From Eledone cirrhosa (taxonomy: Eukaryota), in assembly GCA_964016885.1 (NCBI GenBank), contig OZ024741.1:69812001-69876000 (forward strand): DNA of 64,000 nucleotides, read 5' to 3'. The notes under the pieces are model-generated. The model was given only the letters and a program-made list of their open reading frames with translations. It searched no databases and was not told the origin of the DNA. Of this stretch, positions 38,782-53,573 are shown piece after piece; position 1 is the first letter of the stretch; every line of letters begins with the position of its first letter. Position numbers and translations under genes: made by a program.

Positions 38782-41700
38782 CTACATTCTTTATATTTGT
38801 CTCAGAGACAGCTGATCCATCATCCACTGGCCTTCTCTGTGGCTCTAAGCCAGCAGAATCATAACGACCAGACTGCTCCTTGGCAGTGTAATTAGGGGCT
38901 CTAACCCTAGTGCTGTTAGATCGACTCTCCATATTTCTTTTCAATGGCTGACAATACCTTACCGGCGCCACTCGAATAAGGTAGTTATTTAACCCATAAA
39001 TGGAGCCCTAACAGGTACTACCACCCCGGGCCAGGGCAGACCTGGGAGTCATGACAACTAAGGGGTAACTCCACATTCCCCACATCTCCTGAACTCCCGA
39101 ACTGGAGCCTTGCCACTGGATGTAGTTTAATGTCATACCCAGGACAAATATAAAGAATGCAGTTTTGTCCTGCAGAAGAGCCATCAAAATGGGCACTTTG
39201 AATGTGAGGACTATTCGGACGCTGGAGAAGAGAGAGGAGTTGGGACATCTGTTCGAGGAGAGTGGTATACAGATACTTGCGATCCAAGAACACAGGATTC
39301 TACACGATGAGCCCGTGAGGAGTGTGATGATTGGGAAGAAGAGTCAGCTCATCACTACATCGGCAGTGAAGAACACAACAAATGCTGCAGTAGGAGGAGT
39401 GGGTTTTGTGTTCAGTGCAAAAACCAATCTGTTGGTGAGGGAAATAATGCCTATCTCCCCGCGAGTGTTGAGGGTGACCTTCAATGGAAACCCAAGACTG
39501 ACAGTCATCTCAGCCTATAGTCCAACCGAGGGGGACAGCGATGTGAATGCGGAAGAGTTCCATGAGGTGGTGTGTAGAGCTGTCAACACCACTCAGGCAC
39601 ACAATATCCTGCTTGTTTTGGGGGACTTCAATGCACATCTGAGTAAGGAGGGCAGTGAAGATCCTTGCTGGTACTTCCATAACAACACCAACCGAAATGG
39701 AAGACTACTGAGAGACACCCTGCTGGAGGCGAACTTGATGGCGACCAACCTAAGGTTTAGGAAGAATCTGGGGGAAGATGTGGACCTACATCTCAGATAT
39801 GCACCTGTCCAAGTCCCAGATTGATTTCATGCTGGTGAGGAAAAAGTGGCGGAATAGTGTTCTGAACACGGAACCATACTGCTATTTCAGTACACTGGGT
39901 AGTGACCACCGGCTTGTTATGAGTGAGGTCCGCGTGAGCTTAAGAAAGAGCAAGGCTCAGCCCCGGAGAACAATCTATGACTGGGGAGCTTTCAAGGAAG
40001 ATGATAAGCTACAGGAGAGGTTCACAGTGGAAGTGAGAAACAGGTTTAGTGCTCTGTGTGGAGAGTCAGAGGAGAGAGAGATTGGATGGACTGAGGAGAG
40101 TGTGACGAGGAGGTACGGGCACTTCACCAATGCAGTGGCGGAAGCAAGTGAAACCCTGGTGCCGAGGAAAAAGAATAAAGGGAAGCACGTCAGCTCTGCA
40201 AACCCAAAAGTGTGTGCAGCCAGAGAACACCTGAAAGCTGCCAGGGACCAATTCTATGCTGATCCTACGGAGGAGAGGATGGAGACTGTGGAGGTGATGA
40301 GGGAAGAGCTCTGTACCGCTTACACTGAGGTCAGAGAGGAGGCACTGATAGAGAAGATCAGAAGTGTGGAGGGAGTGGTTGACAGATCTGGATGTAAGGA
40401 GAGCTGGATGATCATCAGTGAGATCACAGGGAGGAAGAGAAGGTGTTCGAGTCAGATCCAGGGAACGGGGCCCGAGGATAGGAAGAGGAAATGGCTAGAC
40501 CATTTTAGGACCCTACTAGGAGAGCCACCCTCCACAGCCCAGAGCATTGGGGAGATCAGGCGGCTGTTTGAGGAACTGGATGTTGAGACAGAGCCCTTCA
40601 CCAGAGAGGAGCTTCAGAGAGCCAAGAAGAGGATCAAGGAGGGCAAGGCTCATGGAGAAGATGGAGTGGCATCAGAGGTGATGAAGAGGTGTGATTTTGA
40701 TGATATCATCCTGGGGTTCTGTAACGGGGCACTGGAGAAAGGAGTTGCCCCGAATCAGTGGAGGATCAGTAACATCGCCCCAGTGCCAAAGAAGGGAGAT
40801 CTCTCTAACACCAACAACTACCGGGGGATCTCACTGACGTCACTTGTGGCAAAGACCCTCAACAGGATGATTCTTAACAGGATCCAGCCTAAGATGGAGA
40901 AGAAGCTCAGGGACAACCAGAACGGCTTCAGAGAGGGTAGATCAACCACCAGTCACATCCTGATGCTGAGGAGGATATTAGAGGGAGCTAGAGCAAAGTG
41001 CCTTCCTGCGGTCATGGTTTTCATTGACTTTAGGAAGGCCTTTGATTCTGTGGACCGTTACTGCCTGATGAAGGTCTTACAGGCTTATGGAATCCCCAAG
41101 AAGATAGTGGACCTGATATCACTGCTCTACACCAACACCAAAGCCCAAGTCATTACACCTGATGGGATGACAGAGTTCATTGAGATACTGGCTGGAGTGC
41201 TCCAGGGAGATACATTGGCTCCCTACCTTTTTATCATCGTAGTGGACTATTGTATGCGCCTTGCACTGGAGAAACACCAGGACTCTGGCTTTACTGTAGC
41301 ACCGGCTCAGAGCAGGAGAGTTAAGGCGAAAAAGGTATCGGATGCTGAGTTTGCCGACGACAGTTTTGGTGACAAATACAGTGAAGGAGGCAGAGGATTT
41401 GATGCGGGAGGTTGAGACTGTGTCGATGAGTGTGGGGCTGAGAATGAATGAGACTAAAACAAAATATCTGGTAGAGAATGTTGAGAAGCCAGAGGGGATC
41501 ACTAATGTAGGCGGGAAGCCGCTGGAATTGGTTGAGGACTTCCTGTATTTGGGAGCAAAGATTGGGAATACGGAAGATGATGTGATTGAGAGGAAGAGCA
41601 AGGCCTAGGCGGCGTGCCACAGCTTGAGATCGGTGTGGAAGTCGGACCTTCGTAGAGACCTGAAAATCCGCCTCTTCATTGCTGTAGTGGAGTCTGTGCT

Positions 41701-42120
41701 GCTGTATGGGTCTGGGACTTGGACACTGACCAAGAAACTCACTCAGATGGTGGATGGGTGCTACACGAGAATGCTGAGGATGGTTCTGAACATTAATCAG
41801 TATACACTGAGGATGAAAAACTCAGAGCTGTATGGGAGCATCCCAAAAGTCAGCTCAAAAGTGACACAGAGGAGACTGAGGTTAGCTGGACATGCTCACC
41901 GACATCCAGAGTTGACATTGCACTCAGTACTCCTTTGGGAGCCCCTACATGGACACACTAGAAGTGGAAGACCAAGGTTAACGTATGTTGATGCCCTAAG
42001 GACAGACAGTGGTCTGTTGGAGATGCAGGACATGGCAGCGATAATGAGGGACAGAGACCGCTGGAGAGAACTCGTCCATCGATCTCGGGAATTTTACCCG
42101 CCTTAGATAGATAGATAGAT
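38781..42120 (+). mobile_element. Near full-length RTE-type non-LTR retrotransposon (APE + RT), inactivated
   Basis: Begins right after (TA)n, ends in (TAGA)n/(TA)n, and carries one long disrupted ORF. Confidence 0.9.
39189..42106 (+). pseudogene. RTE-type LINE ORF with frameshifts (~39775, ~41360) and an internal stop (41606-41608)
   Basis: GTLNVRT, LAIQEHR, SAYSPT, LGDFNA, QIDF, SDHRLV (APE); NYRGISL, QNGFREGRST, FIDFRKAFDS, GVLQGDTLAPYLF, EFADD, FLYLG (RT); LLYGSGTW..LRLAGH..GRPRLTY C-terminus. Confidence 0.92.
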
Positions 42121-42342
42121 ATATATATAACGAAGGAAGTGTGATAAGGAACTAGGTGCACCATAACGCACCAGAGTACTCAATACTTAGGGCAGTAGAG
42201 CGGGTAAAAAGAACATTTTCAAGACCCCGACGGCAGAGCTCAAGCCGTTTCGACGGCTATTTATGGACATAATTACATAAAACGTCCAGAAATAGCCGTC
42301 GAAATGCCTTGAGCTCTGCCGTCGGGGTCTTGAAAATTTTCC

Positions 42343-42371
<29 letters not shown>

Positions 42372-42373
<2 letters not shown>

Positions 42374-43220
42374 CTCACCTACCACCCATCACCCTACCTC
42401 TCCGGCGACATATTCTCCGTTCCTTCTGACTCCGACACTTTTTTCTTAGCCCACCTATCACTGCTTTTAAGCACGCCCGCAATCTCCGCGATCTTCTGGC
42501 ACGTGGTTCTTGCTCGTCCTCTCCTACGACTCCACCCGGCTCTCGTCCCCGCTGTAACACCTATCCTTTTATTTCCAGCCTCACCACTCTCTCATGCACC
42601 AACAGTTCATTCCGTATTCGCCACTCCTTTACCTGTACCTCTACCCACGTTGTCTATGCTCTCGAGTGTTCCCTTTGCGGGTCCTTATACATCGGACAAA
42701 CGGGACGCCGTTTGGCGGACGGTTTTGCTGAACATTTGAGGGACATACGACTCGGTATGGATACTGCCGTCATTTCCGTTCCCCAGGTCACTCCTTTGTG
42801 TCTTTTTATCACGGATCACAGACCTCACATACCAGGACTGAACAGGGTCTGATTTTCTGCATTGGGTCCTGTTTCCCTCATGGACTCAAGTCCCCTCCCA
42901 AATTTCTTTAATATTACACATATACGTTCGTGCCCCCCCCCCCCCGTCACGTTTACCCCATCCGTTATCACATACGCGCTTGTAAATTCACCCCTAGATT
43001 CCTATGGCTCTCTTATGGTCAGAAACATATACTCTTACAGCTGATACAGACCAACAAAATACGCACACATACCTCTACTTTTCCCTTCACAACTTTGTAT
43101 ACCCACACACACACTCCCCTTTATTAACATACTTTTGCTCACAGCTTCGTACTTACAAGCACACATACACTTTTTTACTTACATATACACGCACATAACC
43201 TCTTAGCTTCGTACGGACGT

Positions 43221-43264
<44 letters not shown>

Positions 43265-43510
43265 TACGCATGCGCACACGTATAGCTCTATATACAAAAC
43301 GGTTTTTTCCATTTCAGGTAGACGCGTTCCATCATCCACTTTTCTAAAAAAGTATATCATACACAAAACGCCAGCATCAACAGTTTTCCAAGAGATGTCA
43401 TCACGAATGGACCTGTTATTTTTCTCTAAAAACATTTTTTCCGATTCCACTCCGCCCGTCCCTTCAATCTTTCTAGTTCGTATTATCTATTACTCTGGTG
43501 ACGGCTCAGA
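42372..43510 (+). mobile_element. 5'-truncated Neptune-like PLE (GIY-YIG remnant + 3' UTR)
   Basis: Frame from 42451: PPITAFKHARNLRDLL..RCNT..FTCTSTHVVYALECSLCGSLYIGQTGRRLADGFAEHLRDI, later EQGLIF..PHGL. The UTR matches the reverse complement of 17995-18490. Confidence 0.85.
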
Positions 43511-44869
43511 GTACTATCAACACTGGGTCTCTCAAACTATTTTTTATGGCCTGCAGCAAAACAATTTTTGTGACTAATATTTTCCTAAAACTTGGTAATT
43601 TACCTTTGTAATTACCAATTTACCTTGGTAATTACTAATTTACCTTGGTAATTACCAATTTACCTTGGTAATTTAATATTTATAGTACAATTTATTGTAA
43701 TTTACCCATGGAATACAATAAATGAGTCATACCATGGTGGTGTAGTGTAGAGTTGGCTTAGCGTATGTAAGCTTTAGCACAGAATTTTAACGAGATAAAG
43801 AGAGAGAATGACGTCCGAATGAGTATCCTCCACTTCCAACTAACTTACCCTCCACCTCTGTGTTCCGGCCAACAGGATGGAGACGACGGTGAAGGAGACG
43901 ACGCGCTGGAACAGCTACTCCACCTCGCGGGGCATAGACCTGCAGTAGGGCTAACTCCACTCCGAGAGCAGTGAGTAGGGATGTTGTTCGGGGGCCAAGA
44001 ACGCCGGAAGTCTCCACTGGTACAAGCTCTACCACAAATCAATCCGAGAGCGGCCGACACTTAGCCGAAAGTGAAAACGGGAAAAGGGGAATTTACTAAA
44101 AGTAAAAACGAAATGAAGGAAAATTTGAAACGGAAAATTTGTCTCCCCCTACATGTTTGTACTAATTCACATATCCCTCTTACTATCATATGCGTATTCA
44201 CTTTGATGAAAAAGAAAATAAATAACATCTTATCAGCTGTATTGCAGATTAGCATTATAAATGGTGGAAATCACACCCTTACCCTCATCTACGATTGGCG
44301 CGCTGTGTCTCTCTCCTAGAGTGTAATGGTCCTTTTGAGTCGTTGAGTTTGAAACCACTGATCTACAACCGATCTTTATCTTATCTCTAAAACAAAAGTA
44401 CGAAGACAACATCAAAATAAATAAAGACACGAAAGTATAGTGGAATCCATTATTTTTTAACTCCTTTAGTGAAGAACGGAACACTTTTGAAACACCAATA
44501 GTTTCAATTCCTGCTAATAAAAATGTATAAACAAATAAAAAAAAAAAAATTAAAATGATAGCAATAAGATTGAAAAATAAAAATAAATAGACACAATGTG
44601 ATGTGGCTGGAAGGTTCTGAGAGAATATTTTCTTAGTTTCAATTGAGGGTATATAAATAAACAACTGTTGTTTCGTATACAACGAGAGAGGAGGTAGTTC
44701 ATGTCTTTTCACAAACACATACACAAAAACATACACACACATAATACGCATGCACACACATACATACACACAGACACATGCACATACAAAGTACACACAC
44801 AAATACCGTTGCACGCGCACATATATCTAAATTTATCTGTGCCTGTGTATAAATCTATGACTATATCTA

Positions 44870-44952
<83 letters not shown>

Positions 44953-45146
44953 AGAAATGTTAGCTATCGCCGTATTTTGACTAAAGAAATTAAAGAAATT
45001 ATTTAGCCTGATAGTGGGGTTAAGAACCCTCGGAGAAATGGAAAAAGATGAGTATTGACGTACAAGGGAGTCGAATCCACATCTTTGGTTATCCGGACTA
45101 CCATTTACACCAACACATCACACACACATATATATATATATATATA

Positions 45147-45403
45147 TACAGGGGCCTCGTTTGCCTTAAAAATATGAGGGAGACAAACCAACATTTGTTG
45201 ATTCTTAAAGGAGCATAAATTGCTTATGGTGCCTTACCCGGACCCTATTACATAGGTATAATTTTACGCTAATTAAATTTTATATATTCAAATGAAGTTC
45301 AGATATAAAAAAATAAGCTTAAAAAGAATTTATTATATCAAATAAACAAAAGATAAAATATAGACGTTTGAAAAAATGTGGGTGCTCCCTGTAACAAGGC
45401 CCT

Positions 45404-45407
<4 letters not shown>
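45147..45407. mobile_element. MITE in a TA tract
   Basis: TACAGGGGCCTCGTT / AACAAGGCCCTTGTA imperfect TIR. Confidence 0.55.
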
Positions 45408-45446
<39 letters not shown>

Positions 45447-45524
45447 TATTAATAATGAGTTCAAAACTCAGGCAGTCCTTTACAATGAAATAGCTCAAAG
45501 AAAGAAGTATTTCTGAGCCGTGTA

Positions 45525-45674
45525 ATACAAGTTAATATAAATTAATATATTTGATAAACACAAATACCAACATATCCGTGTTTGTATTTCCACCATTTAT
45601 AACTTAGTCTTTTACAATACAAACATGGATATGTTGGTATTTGTGTTTATCAAATATATTAATTTATATTAACT

Positions 45675-45679
<5 letters not shown>
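45525..45679. repeat. 64-bp inverted repeat (fold-back insert) ending in (TA)n
   Basis: Arms 45525-45588 / 45616-45679. Confidence 0.85.
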
Positions 45680-45767
<88 letters not shown>

Positions 45768-45867
45768 AGATATAAAAGACACAGAATCGAAAACCAATCA
45801 AACAGTGAGTGTGTTCTGTTATTATTTCTGGCAATATTATTACAACAATATGACCCTCCCCAAGTAT

Positions 45868-45956
<89 letters not shown>

Positions 45957-45997
45957 CGAAACATAAGTCAATTGCATGCACTCATAATCCTTTATTT

Positions 45998-46053
45998 ACT
46001 GCTATATATATTTCGATGATAGCCATTGAGTGGCTATGACCTCATCAGGCAGT
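45998..46053 (-). ncRNA. Minimal hammerhead ribozyme
   Basis: actgc-CTGATGA-ggtcatagcca[ctcaa]tggctatcatc-GAAA-tatata-TA-gcagt. Confidence 0.8.
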
Positions 46054-46453
46054 TAGTCAGTTCTTAGATATGCCACCTCTGTCTTTATGGTGTTGATTGT
46101 ATCAGGGCCTTGGGACATATGAGCTTGTTAGGAATAATTTAGGAATAATTTAATGGTCATTGGTCAGTTTGTAGATGCTAGTAGGGTTGGTATTTGACCT
46201 CAAAGAGGCAGATGGTGTTGTAAAGTTCAAACCATCAGGCAAGATGACAATAGTTCCATATGACTGATTTTCACCAAAAGCATTCCTGGTCAGATATATA
46301 TTCGATTGGGGTTTATAGTAATATATATATATATATATATAGTAATAATAAATGTGAAGACTAAAATCCGAAGAGGGCTCGATAAGGATTATATATATAT
46401 ATAAAGAGAGAATGGAAAACGAAAAATCAGTGATGCATCGGAACTCAATTTGT

Positions 46454-46541
46454 GTGTTACAATTGTTTCCCCGGCGAACATCTCGAGGTGCGATCCATGT
46501 GTGGATCTACCTGACTCTAGTCTCGCAGGTTCCTCGGACAC
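46454..46541 (-). ncRNA. Hammerhead with long stem II; relative at 26205-26298(+)
   Basis: gtgt-CCGAGGA-acctgcga..tcgccggg-GAAA-caattg-TA-acac; relative reads acgtat-CTGAGGA..GAAA-cggttg-TA-atatgt. Confidence 0.72.
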
Positions 46542-46881
46542 GTCTATAGATTTCGGATCATATCCTCTTTCCTATATATATATATATATATTTTTTTTTT
46601 TCGGCGGAAGCAGGGGAGTGCGTGAAGCAGACTATCAGCTTCTCTCCCTTCTTTCGCCGAAAAGAAGTAAGTGACATAGCCACTACTTAAAACAACAGAC
46701 CCTCCATCGCAACTCTACTTTTGAAAAGCAGAAGAACTGCGAAACCGGTGATGGAACCAAATAAATATATATATTTTTTTAAAAATAAGACTCCAGTTGC
46801 ATTTTCGATTTCATATTTTTTCCTTTTACTTTCACTCGTGTAGGACACCGGTTATTTTTCATTTTGCAAAAAAAACCTCAC

Positions 46882-46939
<58 letters not shown>

Positions 46940-47380
46940 TTATTATCATTATTATTGTTATCTCTGCTTATAATATAATATATATTTTCGATTAGTATAT
47001 TGAAATCTGCTCTCTATTTCTGCTTGATAGATAATCTTGTAGAGTAATCGCAAGAATAATAATACGCTCAAATTTTTATACCACATTGAGAATGTTTTCC
47101 GGTAACTTTGAATTTGCGGAGGGAATCAGTTGGATTCACATAGACATATGAATTTTTTAAAAAACTAAACATAAGATAATGAATTTTCACGCATTGTGAA
47201 TACTTGTTTCATTCAGGAATACTGATATTTACAATATAGTGTAAGTTTTATAAATACTAATACATTAAAACATAGGGTTCTCTACGCCTCAAATATGTCT
47301 GGCTATTTTTTTTTTTATTTTTTCTCTCTCTATATCTCTCTATATCTCTCTATATATCTCCCTTACATTAATACTTGAGC

Positions 47381-47415
<35 letters not shown>

Positions 47416-47764
47416 ATGCATCATTGATACACTTACTCAAAATGACCTCCCACTACCTAATTTTTCTATATCTATATTTATATATGTATCTATCTCTACT
47501 TCCTCTCTCTCTCTATATATATATATATCTCTTTCTGTCTCTTTACATGAAGCTCTTCGCTTTATCTATTTTTCCATCTCTCTATTTTGTCCCATGCATT
47601 TCTTCTTTTTCTTTTTCTTCTTTTTCTTCCTTTTCTTCGTTTTGTCTTTCTTTCTTTCCTATTTCCCTCTTTTCTCTCTCTCTTTCTTTCTCTCTGTATT
47701 TTCACTGCTAGAGTGAACGTCTTCAAATGAAGTTGATGTTTATTACGGTATGTCGAATATATTT

Positions 47765-47980
47765 ATCTATAAAACTGTTTATATTGTATTTTGTCTGATG
47801 AAGGCATAGCATATTGTTAATATGATATCCCCGAAATATATATAATGAAATAAATATGGTTTTATAAATATAGTTTTCCATTTATTTAATATTGTAAATA
47901 TACTCCAAGTATTTGTCGAGTGCTTTTATATCAGTTATAAATATTTACTAGTTGTAACCCAACAATTTTAAATATAACTT

Positions 47981-48052
<72 letters not shown>

Positions 48053-48467
48053 AAAGTTCTATTTAAAATTGTTGGGATACAACAAGTAAATATTTTTATA
48101 ACTGATATAAAGCACTCGACAATTATTTGGAGTAGATATACGATATTAATAAATGGAAACTATATTTATAAAACCATATTTATTTCATTATACATATTTC
48201 AGGGATACCAAATTAAATCATGGTATGCCTTCATCAGATAAAATACAATATATAACAGTTTTACAAATAAGCTTTGATGTACCCTTTTAAAATGCAACCA
48301 TTATTTTTGGAAGCCGTCTGGATAGGGTACGTCAAAGCTTATTTGTAAAACTGTTATATATTGTATTTTGTCTGATAAAGGTATACCATGATTTAATTTG
48401 GTATCCCTGAAATATGTATAATGAAATAAATATGGTTTTATAAATATAGTTTCCATTTATTAATATC

Positions 48468-48470
<3 letters not shown>
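47765..48470. mobile_element. Three copies (+, -, +) of an AT-rich hammerhead-bearing tail around TA tracts
   Basis: CTGATGA-aggcat..atccc-GAAA at 47791-47845(+) and 48188-48243(-); mutated CTGATAA at 48369-48422(+); fold-back centre ~48276-48332. Confidence 0.75.
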
Positions 48471-48526
<56 letters not shown>

Positions 48527-48632
48527 AAAATAAAACAAAGAGAAGAAGAACGAAAACAAGGCAGAACGAAAAACAATTAATTAAAGGAAAAACCTTAAAA
48601 AATTATTATTTTTTGAAAATAAAAATACTAAC

Positions 48633-48734
48633 TCCTGGGTCATCGACCGCTGAGATGGATTTTGGCAGTTTCGATCCCTACAAACGGTACTGCTGGTCCA
48701 ACCGGGGTTACAGGGTCTGACACAAGCCAGCACC
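48633..48734 (-). CDS. Candidate exon D (102 nt, phase 2-2)
   Basis: ttgtctcttactgtatcgacag|G..GA|gttagt; the only open frame is phase 2, matching exon C: (W)VLACVRPCNPGWTSSTVCRDRNCQNPSQRSMTQ. Confidence 0.55.
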
Positions 48735-48843
48735 CTGTCGATACAGTAAGAGACAAAGCAAAATAATAATTTATAGCAATCACACACACACACACACATA
48801 TATATCTTAATAAAATGTATGTATATATATATGTGTGTCTGTA

Positions 48844-48892
<49 letters not shown>

Positions 48893-49113
48893 GTAAAAGG
48901 TAAACAGAAATAACAACACAATCGGTACAATATATGGAAGGAATATATTAGGTTAACACTTGAAATAGTAGGAAGAGGGTCTTAACGTTTCGGACGCTAG
49001 TCCTTCATCAGAAGAAAGAATGAGAAATAGGATAAATTGAATGGACGGGCTGGGTGGAATTGGAAAAAATGACTTTAGATAAAAATAACAGGTCCATTTT
49101 TGTTGACATCTGT

Positions 49114-49206
49114 ATTTTATTAAGACTGAATAGTGATTCTTGTTACTCTGGAGTTTCGCCTGTTTATCGCAGGGTCATCAGACTCACTATTCAGCCTTAA
49201 TAAAAT
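49114..49206 (-). ncRNA. Hammerhead closed by a 23-bp extended stem I
   Basis: gt-CTGATGA-c-cctg[cgataaa]cagg-c-GAAA-ctc[ca]gag-TA-ac; flanks 49114-49136 / 49184-49206 are complementary. Confidence 0.75.
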
Positions 49207-49908
49207 GAATATTAAGACTCTACTTCGGTATTGGAGTACTCCATTCTCTCAGCCGTCGACCACATATATATATATATATATGTATGTATACACACACACA
49301 CACACACATATCAAATATATAAGAACCGCTGCTCGGAAGAATAAAAGCAAAGTTAACCTCGGTAAGATTTGAACCCAGGGTTGTAATGAAATACCACAAG
49401 GTATTTTGTTAGACAATCCACCACCATAATAACGGTCAAATTGATAATAAAAACGTTATTTATAATGTAACTCTTTAAATTCTTAATTATTTACAAAATT
49501 AAATAAAATCCACTGTCAGTGTATTTTAATAGACATGGGATCATTAAAGGGTTTAATCGAAGTATTGGTAGAGAAACAATAAATATAAAACACAAGCATA
49601 AGAGAGACAAAATTTAGACCTCCTCTCTGAGTGGAATATCACCTCCACGTTCACCACAGCGATGATCATGTCACTCCAACCACGACCACCACCATCACCA
49701 CTATCACCACAGCGATGATCATGTCACTCCAACCACGACCACCACCATCACCACTATCACTAGAACGACAATCATGTCACTCCAACCACGACCACCACCA
49801 TCACCGCCATCATCACCACCACCACAACGAAGACCACCACAGCTCCTATCAACACCACCACCACCACCACCACCAACACCATCACCACCTCAACCCATAT
49901 CATTATGG

Positions 49909-50093
49909 CTGGATTGGCAGTATCGGTAGAGGGTCGGACGCCATGCTTTCCAGCATAGTTACGTCCCTTTACGATCTGAGTTCAAATCCCGCCGAGGTTG
50001 ACTTTGCCTTTCATCCTTACGGGGTCGATAAAATAAAGTACCAGTAATGCACTGGGTATTTTGCTGGCCTTGTGCCTAAAGTAGAAACAATTA
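49909..50093 (+). mobile_element. tRNA-derived SINE family 1 (representative; other copies 1275-1440, 3306-3515, 8283-8478, 8637-8828, 10406-10615, 28804-28990 on +; 9490-9715, 9718-9925, 29825-29970, 30208-30340, 58725-58843, 59650-59862, 60955-61095, 61630-61722, 62468-62640 on -)
   Basis: A box TGGCAGTATCGG, B box GTTCAAATC, core GACTTTGCCTTTCATCCTTACGGGGTCGATAAAATAAAGTACCAG, (ATT)n tail; TSDs at several copies. Confidence 0.9.
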
Positions 50094-50229
50094 TCGCTAC
50101 CATCACCACCAACACCATCAACATTTCCACAACGAAAACCGCCACAGCAAACATCAACACCATCACAACCGTCGCCACCATCACCGCCACCATCACCACA
50201 ACGAAGACCACCACAGGCCCTATCACTAT

Positions 50230-53200
50230 CAATACCACCACCACCACCAACTCCACCACAACCACCATCACTACTACAACTACCACCATCACGACCATTA
50301 CTACCACCACTACCACCACTACCACCACTACCACCACCACTACCACTACCACTACCACCACCACGACCACTATTACCACCACTACCACCACCACTACCAC
50401 CACTACCCCCACTACTACCAGCACCACCAGCACCATCACCATCATCGCCACTACCGCCACTACCACCACCACCACCACCACCACCACCACCACCACCACC
50501 ACAACCACCATCACTACTACAACTACCACCACGACCATTACTACCACCACTACCACCACTACCACCACTACCACCACCACTACCACTACCACTACCACCA
50601 CCACGACCACTATTACCACCACTACCACCACCACTACCACCACTACCCCCACTACTACCACCACCACCAGCACCACCACCATCATCGCCACTACCGCCAC
50701 TACCACCACCACCACCACCACAACCACCATCACTACTACAACTACCACCACCACGACCACTTATACCACCACTACCACCACTACCACCACCACCACCACT
50801 TCAACCACCATCACTACTACCACTACCACCACCACGACCACTAATACCACCACTACCACCACTACCACCACCACTACCACTACCACCACCACCACCACCA
50901 CTACCACCACCACCACCACCATCACAACCACCATCACTACTACCACTACCACCACCACTACCACCACTACCACCACCACCACCACCACCACCACCACAAC
51001 CACCATCACTACTACCACTACCACCACCACGACCACTACTACCACCACTACCACCTATACCACCACCACTACCACCACAACCACCATCACTACTTCCACC
51101 ACCACCACCACTACCACCACTACCACCACCACCACCACCACCACCACCACCACCACCACCACCATCACTACTACCACCACCACGACTACCACCACTACCA
51201 CCACTACCATCACTACCACCACTGCCACCACCACCACCACCACCACCACCACAACCACCATCACTACTATCAGTACCACCACCACTACCACCACTACCAC
51301 CACCACCACCACCACCACCATCACTACCACCACTACCACCACCACCACCACCACCACCATCACTACCACCACTACCACCACCACCACCACCACCACTACT
51401 ACCACTACCACCACTACTACCACCACCACCACCACCACTACCACCACTACCACAACCACCATCACTACCACCACCACCACTACCACCACCACCACCACCA
51501 CCACCACAACCACCATCACTACCACCACTACCACCACCACCACCACCACCATCACCACCACAACCACCATCACTACCACCACCACCACCACCACCACCAC
51601 CACCACCACCACCACTACCACCACCACCACCACCACCACAACCACCATCACTACCACTACCACCACCACCACCACCACCACCACCACCACCACCACAACC
51701 ACCACCACCACTACCACCACCACCACCACCACCACCACCATCACCACCACAACCACCATCACTACCACCACCACCACCACCACCACCACCACCACCACCA
51801 CCACCACCACCACCACCACCACCACCACCACTACCACCACCACCATCACTACCACCACCACCACCACCACCACCACCACCACCACCACCACTACCACCAC
51901 CACCACCACCACCACTACTACCACTACCACCACTACCACCACCACCACCACCACCACTACCACCACTACCACCATCACCACCACCACCACCACCACCACC
52001 ACCACCACCACCACCACCACCACCACCACCACCACCACCACCACCACCACTACCACCACCACCACTACCACCACTACCACCACTACCACCACTACCACCA
52101 CTACCACCACCATCACTACTACCACTACCACCACCACCACCACCACCACTACCACCACTACCACCATCACCACCACCACCACCACCACCACCACCACCAC
52201 CACTACCACCACCACCATCACTACCACCACCACCACCACCACCACCACCACCACTACCACCACCACCACTACCACCACTACCACCACCACCACTACCACC
52301 ACTACCACCACTACCACCACTACCACCACCACCACTACCACCACTACCACCATCACCACCACCACCACCACCACCACCACCACCACCACCACCACCACCA
52401 CCACCACCACCACCATCACTACCACCACCACCACCACCACCACCATCACTACCACCACCACCACCACCACCACCACCACTACCACCACCACCACTACCAC
52501 CACTACCACCACCACCACTACCACCACTACCACCACTACCACCACTACCACCACCACCACTACCACCACTACCACCATCACCACCACCACCACCACCACC
52601 ACCACCACCACCACCACCACCACCACCACCACCACCACCACTACCACCACCACCATCACTACCACCACCACCACTACCACCACCACCACTACCACCACCA
52701 CCACTACCACCACTACCACCACTACCACCACTACCACCACCACAACCACCACCACCACCACCACCACCACTACCACCACCACCACTACCACCACTACCAC
52801 CACCACCACTACCACCACTACCACCACTACCACCACTACCACCACCACCACCACCACCACCACTACCACCACCACTACCACCACCACCACCACCACCACC
52901 ACTACCACCACTACCACCACTACCACCACCACCACCACCACCACTACCACCACCACCATCACTACCACCACCACCACCACCACCACCACCACCACCACCA
53001 CCACCACAACCACCACCACTACCACCACCACCACTACCAACACTACCACCACTACCACCACTACCACCACCACCACCACTACCACCACCACCACTACCAC
53101 CACTACCACCACTACCACCACCACCACCACCACCACTACCACCACCACCATCACTACCACCACCACCACCACCACCACCACCACCACCACCACCACCACC

Positions 53201-53538
53201 ACTACCACCACCACCACTACCACCACTACCACCACTACCACCACTACCACCACCACCATCACTACCACCACCACCACCACCACCACCACCACCACCACCA
53301 CCACAACCACCACCACTACCACCACCACCACTACCACCACTACCACCACTACCACCACTACCACCACTACCACCACCACCACCACTACCACCACCACTAC
53401 TACCACCACTACCACCACTACTACCACCACCACCACTACCACCACTACCACCACTACCACCACCACCACTACCACCACTACCACCACTACCACCACCACC
53501 ACCACCACCACCACCACCACTACCACCACCACCACCAC
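50230..53538. repeat. 3.3-kb (ACC/ACT)n trinucleotide tract
   Basis: Direct inspection; contains a ~240-bp internal duplication (50260-50740). Confidence 0.97.
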
Positions 53539-53573
53539 TGGTCGATGGAGGATGTGTTGTCCAATGATCGGAA
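53536..53573 (-). CDS. Candidate micro-exon C (38 nt, phase 0-2)
   Basis: ctcttttatatcttgttag|TTC..CAGTG|gtggtg; FRSLDNTSSIDQ(W). Confidence 0.5.

Noticed and set aside
39005-39145. HDV-like ribozyme in the RTE 5' UTR
   Set aside because: Known for some RTEs, but I could not fold a convincing nested double pseudoknot by eye.
43522-44360. Non-autonomous hAT
   Set aside because: Ends only loosely resemble TIRs and the putative TSDs do not match.
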